The position numbers and the translations under genes were made by a program. A stretch of 64,000 bases of DNA from Eubacteriales bacterium (GTDB taxonomy: Bacteria > Bacillota > Clostridia > Oscillospirales > CAG-272). The stretch covers positions 1,052 through 65,051 of the forward strand of contig JAZNJA010000057.1 in assembly GCA_045577755.1 (NCBI GenBank), given 5' to 3'. This document shows positions 55,683 through 64,000 of the stretch, in pieces (position 1 is the first letter of the stretch; every line of letters starts with the position of its first letter). The notes under the pieces were generated by a model. It did not search any database and was not told where the DNA came from. It worked only from the letters and a program-made list of their open reading frames with translations.

Positions 55683-58364
55683 TCAGTTGGCCTCCTCCAG
55701 CGCGCGGAGCAGATAGGCGTGGACGTTGTAGACCACGTCGTCGTCTCTGGTGTAGGTGAGGGTACTTGTGGTGATATGACTGACCAGCTCGCTTGTGTAG
55801 TCGGCGCCCTTGGCATCCTCCAGCATGGTGAGCATCTGGTAATCCTCGATGCCGTCACGCATATTCACAAGGCGGATGGAGGGGATGGGATCCAGCTGGC
55901 CGTAGGCCGAGCCGGGATAGACCAGGATACCGTCGCCGGGGCCTGTCTTGGAGACGGGATTGCGCATCTGGTAGGTGTTGTTCCCCGCCGCGTCGTAGTA
56001 GGAAACGTGCCAGTAGAGGAAGCCCGTCACGTCATTGAGGTAGTTTGTCCAGAACATGGTACGGCCCTCTGTGCCGTCGTTGAAGAGGAGGATGTTCTGG
56101 TAAGGGCTGGTGTACTTGGGCTCGCAGGCCACGTAGCTCCAGCGCTCTCCGCCCTCCTCCACAAAGCCGTTCATACGGTCGGAGAACTCGCCGAAGGTAG
56201 AATCCACATCCGCGGACTGGATATACTGCGCGCCGCTCAGTCCCTTCAGCTCTCTGGGGGTGAAGCTAAACAGATGGGGGACCCAGAGGTTGACGCCGTG
56301 CTTGGACAGGTACTCGATGGCGTCACGCTCGCTACCCACGGCGAATTCATCGTACCACGCGGGGAAGGCGGTGGTCTTGTCTACGCTGTTGAAGTTGAAG
56401 CGCTTGAAATCCATGTTCCGCTCAAAGGGCACCAACAGGCGGTAGTCGTCCCAGCCCCAGACCTCGCGGAGTTGCTTGGCCTCACGGGCGATGGCCAGCA
56501 CGCTGAGCAGGCCCGTGTTGTCGTAGACCGTCTCGGAAACACCGTCGGGGAAGGTGATGGGACGCCAGCCGCGGGGAACACCGGGCTCGTCCTGTCCGTA
56601 GTAGAACATCTTGGGGGCCAGGATGGGGTCGTTCTTGATGGAATCGAACTGATCCTTGGTCAGCACGCGGAGGGAGGTGACCCTGGGGTTTTTGAACCAA
56701 TCGGCACCCAGGACGTTGAAGTAGGTGATGCTGCCGGTCAGGGTGACGCGATGCTTGAGGAAGAAATCGGCCACGGCCTTGGTGATCTCCACGTCGCTGT
56801 AGCGCTGACGGTCGGGGTTCTCGTTGTACTGCTGGTAGTAAACGCCCACGATGTCCCAAAGGCCGAAGGCGGTCTTCATAGCGGTCTCGTCGGAGAGGGT
56901 CACGTCGTAGACGTAGGTATAGACGTTTGCGGCTTTGATGCACTTGCCCGTGTCGGCATCCAGGATCTCTACGGTGGCCTTGTAGGCGCCGGGGGTGGAA
57001 TCCTTGGTGGTCACGGCCTGGACCACGAAGCCGCGGAGAGAATCCCGGAAGGGATACTTCTCGTGGTTCCAATCCGAGCCCGAGAAGGGACCTATGAGAA
57101 CGTAGGGACCGTAGTCGAGCTTACTGTCGGCATCCATGCCGTAGCGGCCACTCTCGGTATTGCTCGAATAAGCGATGTAGGAATCGTAGGGGATCACGGC
57201 GTCGGGGTAGACGAAGGTGGCGGGAAAGCCGTTGTGGGTGACGTAGCCATCCTCCATGTAGAATTCCACGCCCAGCTCGGTGGTGAGGGTCTCCCCCTTT
57301 TGGTTTGTGAAGTCGGAGACACGGATGTGGATCTTCCTTGTGGTGGGGGAGTAGAGGAAGAACTGACAGCCCTCCATCTCGTTCTTGCCCATCTGGATGG
57401 TATAGCTCTCGGCTCCCGTATCCATGTCCGAGAGATCGTAACGGGCGACCTTCTCGGTGATGTGGTCGAACCAGAGCTTGACGGTGGGATCGTCATCGGG
57501 AGCAACGACGGTTTCTTTATCGGGGATGGGATCGTAGAAGGAGGTATCCATATCCGATCCGTAACCCAAGCCGTATTTCTCGTTGAGAGTGGCGTTGGTC
57601 AGGTTCCCGGAGACCGCGTTGGCATAGATCGTCAGCTCGCAGAAGCAGTAGACCGTTCCGCTCGCAGTATCCTTGACGAAGAGGTGGACCTCATCGCCGC
57701 TTTGGAAGCTGTTCAGGTTGAGGTTATAGCGGAAGCCCGTGGCGTTGGTGTAGCCCTCCTTCTTGGCGGCCTGGAGAACGGCGGCCTCACGGGTGACAAG
57801 CTCCACGCCATCGGTGGTGTAGGTCACCTCGCTGTCGGTGCCGATGCGCCAGCCCAGCTCGAAGCTGTTGATACTGAAGCCGATCCAGCCGTAGAGCTGG
57901 AGAATACCCGTATTTTCGTTTACGGTCACGTTCCAGTTCCCTGTCTTCTTGACTGCGGTGGCGTACTCCGTCTGGCGGATCTCATGCTTGACCGAGTCCA
58001 GCCGGACCTTGCCGACGGTCTTTTTCGCGTCGGAAAAGTAGGTGTTTCCGCAGTCGCCCTGGGTGTTGGGGGCTTCGGTCTCAGGCTCTGTGGGAGCCTC
58101 GGTCGGGGCTTCGGTGGTCTCGTCGGCAGCGGGAGGAACGGTCTCCCTGTCATCCGTTTCGGAGGGAGGCTCGGCCGTGCCGTCCTCGGTGGATGCTTCC
58201 CCGTCGGTCTCGTCGGGGGCTTGAGTCTCGGTACCGGGGGCGGGGGCAGCGGTCGTATCCTCGGTGTGGGGCAGAGTATCCTCGGGCAGATCAGCCACGC
58301 AGGAGGCAAGGATCACCAGAAGCACCGTACAAACGGTCAGAATCAGGCTCAGGTATTTTTTCAT
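55683..58364 (-). CDS. DUF4091 (GH123-like) domain lipoprotein with N-terminal Thr/Pro/Glu linker
   Basis: The ORF track gives 55683..58442. The preferred start is ATG 58364, after GGAGGA. The lipobox reads LVILASC. The linker reads TEAPTEAPTEPETEAP. The C-terminal FLYWHVSYYD...GPGDGILVYPG...PIPSIRLVNMRDGIEDYQML matches the DUF4091 signature. Confidence 0.75.
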   Translation of the reverse strand: MKKYLSLILTVCTVLLVILASCVADLPEDTLPHTEDTTAAPAPGTETQAPDETDGEASTEDGTAEPPSETDDRETVPPAADETTEAPTEAPTEPETEAPNTQGDCGNTYFSDAKKTVGKVRLDSVKHEIRQTEYATAVKKTGNWNVTVNENTGILQLYGWIGFSINSFELGWRIGTDSEVTYTTDGVELVTREAAVLQAAKKEGYTNATGFRYNLNLNSFQSGDEVHLFVKDTASGTVYCFCELTIYANAVSGNLTNATLNEKYGLGYGSDMDTSFYDPIPDKETVVAPDDDPTVKLWFDHITEKVARYDLSDMDTGAESYTIQMGKNEMEGCQFFLYSPTTRKIHIRVSDFTNQKGETLTTELGVEFYMEDGYVTHNGFPATFVYPDAVIPYDSYIAYSSNTESGRYGMDADSKLDYGPYVLIGPFSGSDWNHEKYPFRDSLRGFVVQAVTTKDSTPGAYKATVEILDADTGKCIKAANVYTYVYDVTLSDETAMKTAFGLWDIVGVYYQQYNENPDRQRYSDVEITKAVADFFLKHRVTLTGSITYFNVLGADWFKNPRVTSLRVLTKDQFDSIKNDPILAPKMFYYGQDEPGVPRGWRPITFPDGVSETVYDNTGLLSVLAIAREAKQLREVWGWDDYRLLVPFERNMDFKRFNFNSVDKTTAFPAWYDEFAVGSERDAIEYLSKHGVNLWVPHLFSFTPRELKGLSGAQYIQSADVDSTFGEFSDRMNGFVEEGGERWSYVACEPKYTSPYQNILLFNDGTEGRTMFWTNYLNDVTGFLYWHVSYYDAAGNNTYQMRNPVSKTGPGDGILVYPGSAYGQLDPIPSIRLVNMRDGIEDYQMLTMLEDAKGADYTSELVSHITTSTLTYTRDDDVVYNVHAYLLRALEEAN

Positions 58365-58631
58365 AGGGGTTCCTCCGGAAATCATTTTCTGTTCATAATG
58401 ATACCATAATCGGGAATTTCTGTCAAGGTGGGTTTTTCCCAAATAAAGCAGTTGATTTTTGTACAGATTTTTGAGGGAAAACGGCAGAACACGCCGCCGC
58501 GTTGGTCTCGCGGCGGCGTGTCCGTCTTTAGGTCAGCCGATCACGCCTCCCGGGAGCCGCGATGGGGTCAGATCTCCTCTCCGCACTGTATGCAAAAGGT
58601 TCTTTATATCTGTGATCGAAACGCGTTTCCG

Positions 58632-60506
58632 TCATTCATCTCCCTCGTATACCACGATCCTATTCCCACCGATGGCCTCAGCCAGGTTCGTGGCGATGTG
58701 ATCTGTAGCGGTTACATAACCGTTGATCCGCAAGGGCTCGGCAAAGGTCTTCGTACCGTCAAGATTGGGTGAGTAATCTGTCGAGATACCCAAGCCATCC
58801 ATATATAGCCAAACGGTCTTTCCGTCGGCGGTCTGAGCAGAGCAAACGTAGTTAACGGTCTCGGTGTATTCGCTGGGGATGGTCACCGTGTATTGAGACG
58901 AGATCTCGGTGATATCAAGGTATACCCGCTGAGAGAGCTTTTCCTCTCCCATGTAGGCCTCACGGGGTAGCTTGTCTGCCTTCTTGGCCTCAAAATTGGG
59001 GGAGACCAAGCCATTGAACATAAACAACAGGGGCGGAATTTCGGGATATTTTTCGGCATTTCTGATCTCATCATCTCGGTAGGCGGACGTACCGTATATG
59101 GTGACGGGCTCCGTGAATTCCACGGCGGGGCCGAAGAACTTGTCGTAATCCTCCGCGGTGACCATGATCCAGATACTCTTACCGTCCGCCGTGATGGCCT
59201 CCATCACGTACGTCTTTTCGGTAATGAACAAGGATCCGCTGTATTTCTTCACGGCCGAAATGATATCCGTGTACACCAGGATGTGATTTCTCAGGTCGTC
59301 CTCAAAGGGCTTTCCGTAGCCGCTCTTGGTGGCCGTGCCTACGATCTGAGCCATATTGTCCTTCGTGTAGTCGATCTTTTTGAAGTGGAACAGCTTTACC
59401 GAGGTCTTCTCCTCCGAATTCTCGTCCGCCATCAGCTCGTCCTCCTCCAGGCTGCCGATCATGCGGACAGGCGCCTCATAGGTGATCCTCTGCATACCGT
59501 GATTCTTGACGACCGATTCGGCGTTCTTGTTGAATACGCTTTTGTATTCAGAATCGTCGACCCTCATCCATACGGTATCGCCGCTTACCAGGACGGCCTT
59601 GTAATATGTGTGTAAGCTTTCTCCAAAAGAACCCACGGGAATCAGCTCGGTAACGTCCAGGTACACGGGTTGGCCGATTTGTTGAGCCTCCTCATAGGGA
59701 ATGGGCGGCTGGTTGGTCAAGAAACAGGATTCGAATTGATCGGAATCCACTGTCCAGAAGTAGAAGATCACGTCGGGTACGCCTGCGGGTATGTCGATCT
59801 CCCGGATCTCATCGGCGGTGAGGACGGTCTTGCCAATGATCTTCGCGGGGGTGGCTAACACGGGCATCGAGAAAAAATAGTCATCGTACTTATATTTGTC
59901 GACGATGATCCATTGCTCCTCGCCGCTTGCGGTGAGGGCCTTACACAGATAATGGCTGGTCACGATCGTGTTGGCGTAGCTGAGCTCGAGCTCGATCGTC
60001 AAGTTCAGGATCTCCATGGATACTCCCATGTGCGGCCTCATGTCGGGGCTATAGGGTTCTTGAGGAAAGCTTCTCTTCCCTTTATCCAAGGTCTGCGAGG
60101 TGTCCGAGTACTCGAAACAGAAGAGCCGCTCCCGAGTCTCACGCGACGATGTTGGATCCAGGGCTAGATCATACCGATCCGCGACACCGTTCAAGCGAAC
60201 GGGCTCGTCGAACACAATCTTCTTTGCGTGAATCGGCAGGTTGTATTCTTCGACGTAGGAATCGAAGTAGGTTACGTAGTCCTCAGACTCGATCTTCATC
60301 AGCGCGGTGCTTCCATCGGCCAGCACACACTCGCAGATGAGCTCCACGTTCCACAGAGTACCGTTAATGGGCGTGATCTCCACCACGTCCATATAGCAGC
60401 TTCTTCCCCGCCCTATTCTATCGGTATAGGGGACGGGCTCGGAGGAGCAGGCGCAGAGGGGCATCAGCATACAGAAGATCAAAAGCAGCGGCAAAAGTTT
60501 TCTCAT
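58632..60506 (-). CDS. hypothetical lipoprotein composed of five tandem ~115-aa repeats
   Basis: The ORF track gives 58632..60599. The preferred start is ATG 60506, after AAGGAG. The lipobox reads LMPLCAC. The repeated pattern is Y.D(V/I).E(I/L) ... (C/A).A...(D/G)G...W(I/L/M).(V/M)...(D/E)Y...F ... (F/Y).EP(V/L)R(I/M/L).G. GC appears lower than in the neighbours. Confidence 0.7.
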   Translation of the reverse strand: MRKLLPLLLIFCMLMPLCACSSEPVPYTDRIGRGRSCYMDVVEITPINGTLWNVELICECVLADGSTALMKIESEDYVTYFDSYVEEYNLPIHAKKIVFDEPVRLNGVADRYDLALDPTSSRETRERLFCFEYSDTSQTLDKGKRSFPQEPYSPDMRPHMGVSMEILNLTIELELSYANTIVTSHYLCKALTASGEEQWIIVDKYKYDDYFFSMPVLATPAKIIGKTVLTADEIREIDIPAGVPDVIFYFWTVDSDQFESCFLTNQPPIPYEEAQQIGQPVYLDVTELIPVGSFGESLHTYYKAVLVSGDTVWMRVDDSEYKSVFNKNAESVVKNHGMQRITYEAPVRMIGSLEEDELMADENSEEKTSVKLFHFKKIDYTKDNMAQIVGTATKSGYGKPFEDDLRNHILVYTDIISAVKKYSGSLFITEKTYVMEAITADGKSIWIMVTAEDYDKFFGPAVEFTEPVTIYGTSAYRDDEIRNAEKYPEIPPLLFMFNGLVSPNFEAKKADKLPREAYMGEEKLSQRVYLDITEISSQYTVTIPSEYTETVNYVCSAQTADGKTVWLYMDGLGISTDYSPNLDGTKTFAEPLRINGYVTATDHIATNLAEAIGGNRIVVYEGDE

Positions 60507-60652
60507 AGTCTCTCCTTTGCGAAACGACACGGCTTCAGTTCTGTACCGCTGTCGGTTCATAGATATAGTTATTATAACATACCCGAGGACATATGTCAAT
60601 ACTACCGAACAGATTCATTGCCCGCAAAGCACGGTGTCATATCCTTTCGCGC

Positions 60653-60686
60653 AAAAAACACCGCCTCCCGAGGGAAGGCGGTGTTC
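60653..60686 (-). terminator. intrinsic terminator after the GGGtGRT gene
   Basis: The minus strand reads AGAACACCGCCTTCCCTCGGGAGGCGGTGTTTTTTG. Confidence 0.85.
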
Positions 60687-60706
60687 TATAGGCGTAATCA
60701 GTCGGA

Positions 60707-61705
60707 TTACTTGCTGGCCTCTTCGATCGCCACGGCAACGGCCACGGTCATACCGACCATGGGGTTGTTACCTGCACCGATCAGACCCATCATCTCCACG
60801 TGAGCGGGGACGGAGGAGGAGCCGGCGAACTGGGCGTCGGAGTGCATACGGCCCATGGTGTCGGTCATACCGTAGGAGGAAGGACCTGCGGCCATGTTGT
60901 CGGGATGGAGGGTACGGCCGGTACCGCCACCGGAGGCGACGGAGAAGTAGCCGACACCGTTCTCCTGGCACCACTTCTTGTAGGTACCGGCGACGGGGTG
61001 CTGGAAGCGGGTGGGGTTGGTGGAGTTACCGGTGATGGACACACCGACGTTCTCCAGCTTCATGATGGCCACGCCCTCGGGCACGTTGTCGGAGCCGTAG
61101 CAGCGGACGTCAGCGCGGGGACCCTTGGAGAAGGGCTTCTCCTCGACCACGGTAACGGTCTCGGTGTAGGGATCGAACTCGGTCTTCACGTAGGTGAAGC
61201 CGTTGATGCGGGCGATGATGTAGGCGGCGTCCTTGCCCAGACCGTTCAGGATGACGCGGAGGGGCTGGGTGCGGACCTTGTTGGCGTTCAGAGCGATCTT
61301 GATGGCGCCCTCGGCGGCGGCGAAGGACTCGTGGCCGGCCAGGAAGCAGAAGCACTCGGTCTCCTCGGAGAGGAGCATCTTGCCCAGGTTGCCGTGGCCA
61401 AGACCGACCTTGCGGTTCTCGGCGACGGAGCCGGGGATGCAGAAGGCCTGCAGACCGATACCGATAGCGGCAGCGGCGTCGGAAGCCTTGGTGCAGCCCT
61501 TCTTGATGGCGATGGCTGCGCCCACAACGTATGCCCACTTAGCATTCTCAAAGCAGATGGGCTGGGTCTCTTCGACGATCTTGTAGGGATCGATGCCGTA
61601 AGCGTCGCAGATCTCCTTGCACTCGTCGATGGAGTGGATACCGTATTCATTCAGAGCGGCGAGGATCTTCGCTTCGCGTCTCTCGTAACCTTCAAACTTT
61701 GCCAT
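60707..61705 (-). CDS. GGGtGRT-family protein (function unknown)
   Basis: 332 aa containing the eponymous VASGGGTGRTLHPDN motif. Codon usage looks strongly biased toward preferred codons. Confidence 0.8.
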   Translation of the reverse strand: MAKFEGYERREAKILAALNEYGIHSIDECKEICDAYGIDPYKIVEETQPICFENAKWAYVVGAAIAIKKGCTKASDAAAAIGIGLQAFCIPGSVAENRKVGLGHGNLGKMLLSEETECFCFLAGHESFAAAEGAIKIALNANKVRTQPLRVILNGLGKDAAYIIARINGFTYVKTEFDPYTETVTVVEEKPFSKGPRADVRCYGSDNVPEGVAIMKLENVGVSITGNSTNPTRFQHPVAGTYKKWCQENGVGYFSVASGGGTGRTLHPDNMAAGPSSYGMTDTMGRMHSDAQFAGSSSVPAHVEMMGLIGAGNNPMVGMTVAVAVAIEEASK

Positions 61706-61725
61706 GATATACAGTCCCTCCTTGA

Positions 61726-62442
61726 TTATTCCTTGCGGGGGTCAATGTACTTGACAGCATCATTGAACCGACCGTAGGTACCCTTGGCCTTCTCGTACGC
61801 CTCGTTAGGCTCCATGCCCTTCTTGATGAAGTCGGTCATCTTGCCCAGAGAAACGAACTCGTAGCCGATCACTTCGTTATTCTCATCCAGAGCCATGCGA
61901 GTGCAGTAGCCCTCGGTCATCTCCAGATAGCGCACGCCCTTAGCGCGGGTGCCGTACATGGTACCCACCATGGAACGCTCGCCCTTACCCAGATCCTCCA
62001 TACCTGCGCCGATGACCAAGCCCCCCTCGGAGAAAGCGGACTGGCTGCGGCCATAGACGATCTGCAGGAACAGCTCACGCATTGCGGTGTTGATGGCGTC
62101 GCACACCAGGTCGGTGTTCAGTGCCTCCAGAAGGGTCTTACCGGGCAGGATCTCGGCGGCCATAGCGGCAGAGTGGGTCATACCCGAGCAGCCGATGGTC
62201 TCCACGAGGGCCTCCTCGATGATACCGTTCTTGACGTTCAGGGACAGCTTGCAGGCGCCCTGCTGGGGAGCGCACCAGCCCACACCGTGGGTGTAAGCAG
62301 AGATGTCGCTGATCTGTCTGGCCTGGATCCACTTGCCCTCCTCAGGCAGAGGAGCGGGACCGTGGTTGGGGCCCTGGGCTACGGTACACATGTTCTGAAC
62401 CTCATGGCTCATTGCGTACTCGCACTTGTACTCATTGCTCAT
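61726..62442 (-). CDS. NifU/IscU-like Fe-S scaffold-domain protein
   Basis: The ORF track gives 61726..62538. The preferred start is ATG 62442, after AAGGAG. GWCAPQQGACKLSLNVKNGIIEEALVETIGCSGMTHSAAMAAEIL parallels the three-Cys core of IscU. The gene lies 20 nt upstream of the GGGtGRT gene. Confidence 0.7.
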   Translation of the reverse strand: MSNEYKCEYAMSHEVQNMCTVAQGPNHGPAPLPEEGKWIQARQISDISAYTHGVGWCAPQQGACKLSLNVKNGIIEEALVETIGCSGMTHSAAMAAEILPGKTLLEALNTDLVCDAINTAMRELFLQIVYGRSQSAFSEGGLVIGAGMEDLGKGERSMVGTMYGTRAKGVRYLEMTEGYCTRMALDENNEVIGYEFVSLGKMTDFIKKGMEPNEAYEKAKGTYGRFNDAVKYIDPRKE

Positions 62443-62560
62443 GATTGTATATCTCCTTTGAAAATTTTGCAGGATGATCCCCCTCAGGGGGAGCGCCCCC
62501 TTTTGGGGGGCTTTGGGGACGCTGTTCGCCGTGACCATACCGACCCTGTGTCGGTCCTTC

Positions 62561-63187
62561 TTAAGATAGAAGCTCGATCAGCGGGGCGATGGCTCCCAGA
62601 TACGCCTCGCCGATGTAGCAGGCACCGTCGGGCGTGGGATGAACGCCGTCGGCGGCGTAGTAGGCGGGCTCCTCCTCATCCTCGGCATGCAGGATCTCAT
62701 CCAGAGGGAGGTAGGCGTCGGCGTACTCGTCGGCCAGGCGTTTTACAATAGCTTGTTTACGGGCCAGTTCCTCACAAAGCTCCTTCTTGGCGGGGTCCAC
62801 GGACTCCAAAAGAAAGGGCTGGATCATGAGGATACGGGCGCTCGTGCGGGACTTGATGGCGTCCAGGACTATGCGGTAGTTCTTCTCGAACTGCTCGTCG
62901 GTGGTCTCGACGTACTCGAAGGCGTAGTGATGCCAAACGTCGTTGACGCCGATCATGATGGAGACGATATCGGGCTGAATCTCTATGAAATCAGCCTCCA
63001 GCCGCTCCACCAGATGCTCGGTACGATTACCGCTGATGCCGAGATTGACAAACTCAAACTCGGTATCGGGAAAGGAATCCTGGATCATAGCCGAAGCGAA
63101 TCGGGGGTAACCGTTGCCCATGTCGTGTGGGTCGCTCCGATCCCGTCCCGCGTCGGTGACACTGTCGCCTTGAAAAAGGATCTTCAT
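62561..63187 (-). CDS. SGNH/GDSL-family hydrolase
   Basis: Block I FQGDSVTD, block III GISGN and block V-like IGVNDVWHH are present. Confidence 0.85.
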   Translation of the reverse strand: MKILFQGDSVTDAGRDRSDPHDMGNGYPRFASAMIQDSFPDTEFEFVNLGISGNRTEHLVERLEADFIEIQPDIVSIMIGVNDVWHHYAFEYVETTDEQFEKNYRIVLDAIKSRTSARILMIQPFLLESVDPAKKELCEELARKQAIVKRLADEYADAYLPLDEILHAEDEEEPAYYAADGVHPTPDGACYIGEAYLGAIAPLIELLS

Positions 63188-63236
63188 GGTGGTGGGGTGT
63201 TACCTTTCGTTATGTTTTGGGAATGCGCGGATGTAA

Positions 63237-63812
63237 TTACTTGACGATCTCGCCGTAGACCTCGCCGAAGGCGGCGGCGGCGTTGCACTCATCGGTGTCG
63301 ATGTGCATGGCCAGAGCGTAGCTGGGGCTGACGCGGACCACGACGTCGTCGTAGATGGTGGTGCGCTCGGACTTGACCAGAACCTTGACGACCTCACCGT
63401 TGGAGACACCCAGACCCTCGGCATCAGCGGGAGTCATGTGGATGTGACGCTTGGCGATGATCGCGCCCTCGGAGACCTCGATCTCACCTGCGGGGCCGAC
63501 CATCTTCAGACCGGGAGTACCGGCCACGTCGCCGCTCTCGCGGACGGGGACGTTCTTCAGACCCAGAGCGCGGGCATCGGTGTAGGACAGCTCGATCTGG
63601 TTAGCCTTACGGGTGGGACCCAGAACGCTGACCATCATCTCACCCTTGGGACCGACCAGCTTGATCTTCTCGTTGCCGGTTGCGAACTGACCGGGCTGGC
63701 TGAGCATCTTCTTGACGGTCAGCTCTGCGCCCTCGCCGTACAGAGCGGCGACGGCCTCGTCGGTCAGGTGGATGTGACGAGCGGAGGTCTCAACAAGAAT
63801 TTTGTTTTCCAT
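63237..63812 (-). CDS. pduL: phosphate acyltransferase PduL (phosphotransacetylase type)
   Basis: 191 aa with the duplicated PduL motif (SARHIHLT and AKRHIHMT) and ...AMHIDTDE. Confidence 0.9.
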   Translation of the reverse strand: MENKILVETSARHIHLTDEAVAALYGEGAELTVKKMLSQPGQFATGNEKIKLVGPKGEMMVSVLGPTRKANQIELSYTDARALGLKNVPVRESGDVAGTPGLKMVGPAGEIEVSEGAIIAKRHIHMTPADAEGLGVSNGEVVKVLVKSERTTIYDDVVVRVSPSYALAMHIDTDECNAAAAFGEVYGEIVK

Positions 63813-63970
63813 ACTGCAATTCCTCTTTCGTATTGAAATTTATGGCTTTGTGACACATAAATCACATTCCTATAAATTATAGCACAAATGTGTCGAAATG
63901 TAAAGTGTTATTTTGAAATATTTCGGGGGGGATAGAAAAAAAGTTTTTGGGGATAATGTAGAGAAATGAG

Positions 63971-64000
63971 AAATTGGGGTTTATCGAACTGTTTGACGGA
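63971..64000. repeat. family-A element left terminus (partial, truncated by window end)
   Basis: AAATTGGGGTTTATCGAACTGTTTGACGGA is identical to 45756-45785. Confidence 0.7.

Noticed and set aside
55458-58409. 983-aa + strand ORF
   Set aside because: It is antisense to the DUF4091 lipoprotein gene, which has a lipobox, an RBS and a family signature.

Overview
This is a high-GC (roughly 58-60% by eye) Clostridia-type chromosomal segment covering the replication-origin neighbourhood. It carries mnmG-rsmG-parA-parB-serS, then dnaA-dnaN-recF-remB-gyrB-(mreC-mreD)-gyrA. Around these sit core metabolism genes: ppdK (partial), pth, mfd, rsgA, azlCD, type III glnA, nifJ/PFOR, a thiT gene with a TPP riboswitch, zur-znuACB, rlmN and pduL. 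Accessory genes encode surface proteins, lipoproteins and hypothetical proteins. I saw no rRNA, tRNA, CRISPR array, transposase, integrase or recognisable defence genes. Most of the unexplained signal is non-coding. (1) There are two dense DnaA-box clusters, one between dnaA and dnaN and a second in a 686-bp gap after gyrB, and they share a three-box module. (2) A tight tandem array of perfect parS palindromes lies upstream of parA. (3) Several families of structured intergenic repeats are present. These are a modular MITE-like family with conserved ends and variable GC-rich hairpin cargo, a stop-to-start intercistronic cassette, a 4+4 array of hairpins each joined to ATATCGA, and AATTCGY heptamer repeats bracketing gyrB. 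On the protein side, the notable items are two secreted proteins sharing a Cys-containing C-terminal sorting-like signal (GCGSV-TM-KKD), a lipoprotein built from five copies of an unassigned ~115-aa repeat, and a GGGtGRT / NifU-like gene pair whose codon usage suggests high expression. Many long ORFs in the supplied track are antisense shadows of real genes, which is expected at this GC content. One real gene, ppdK, is missing from the track because it runs off the window. All domain and family calls come from reading motifs by eye, and no database search was run.
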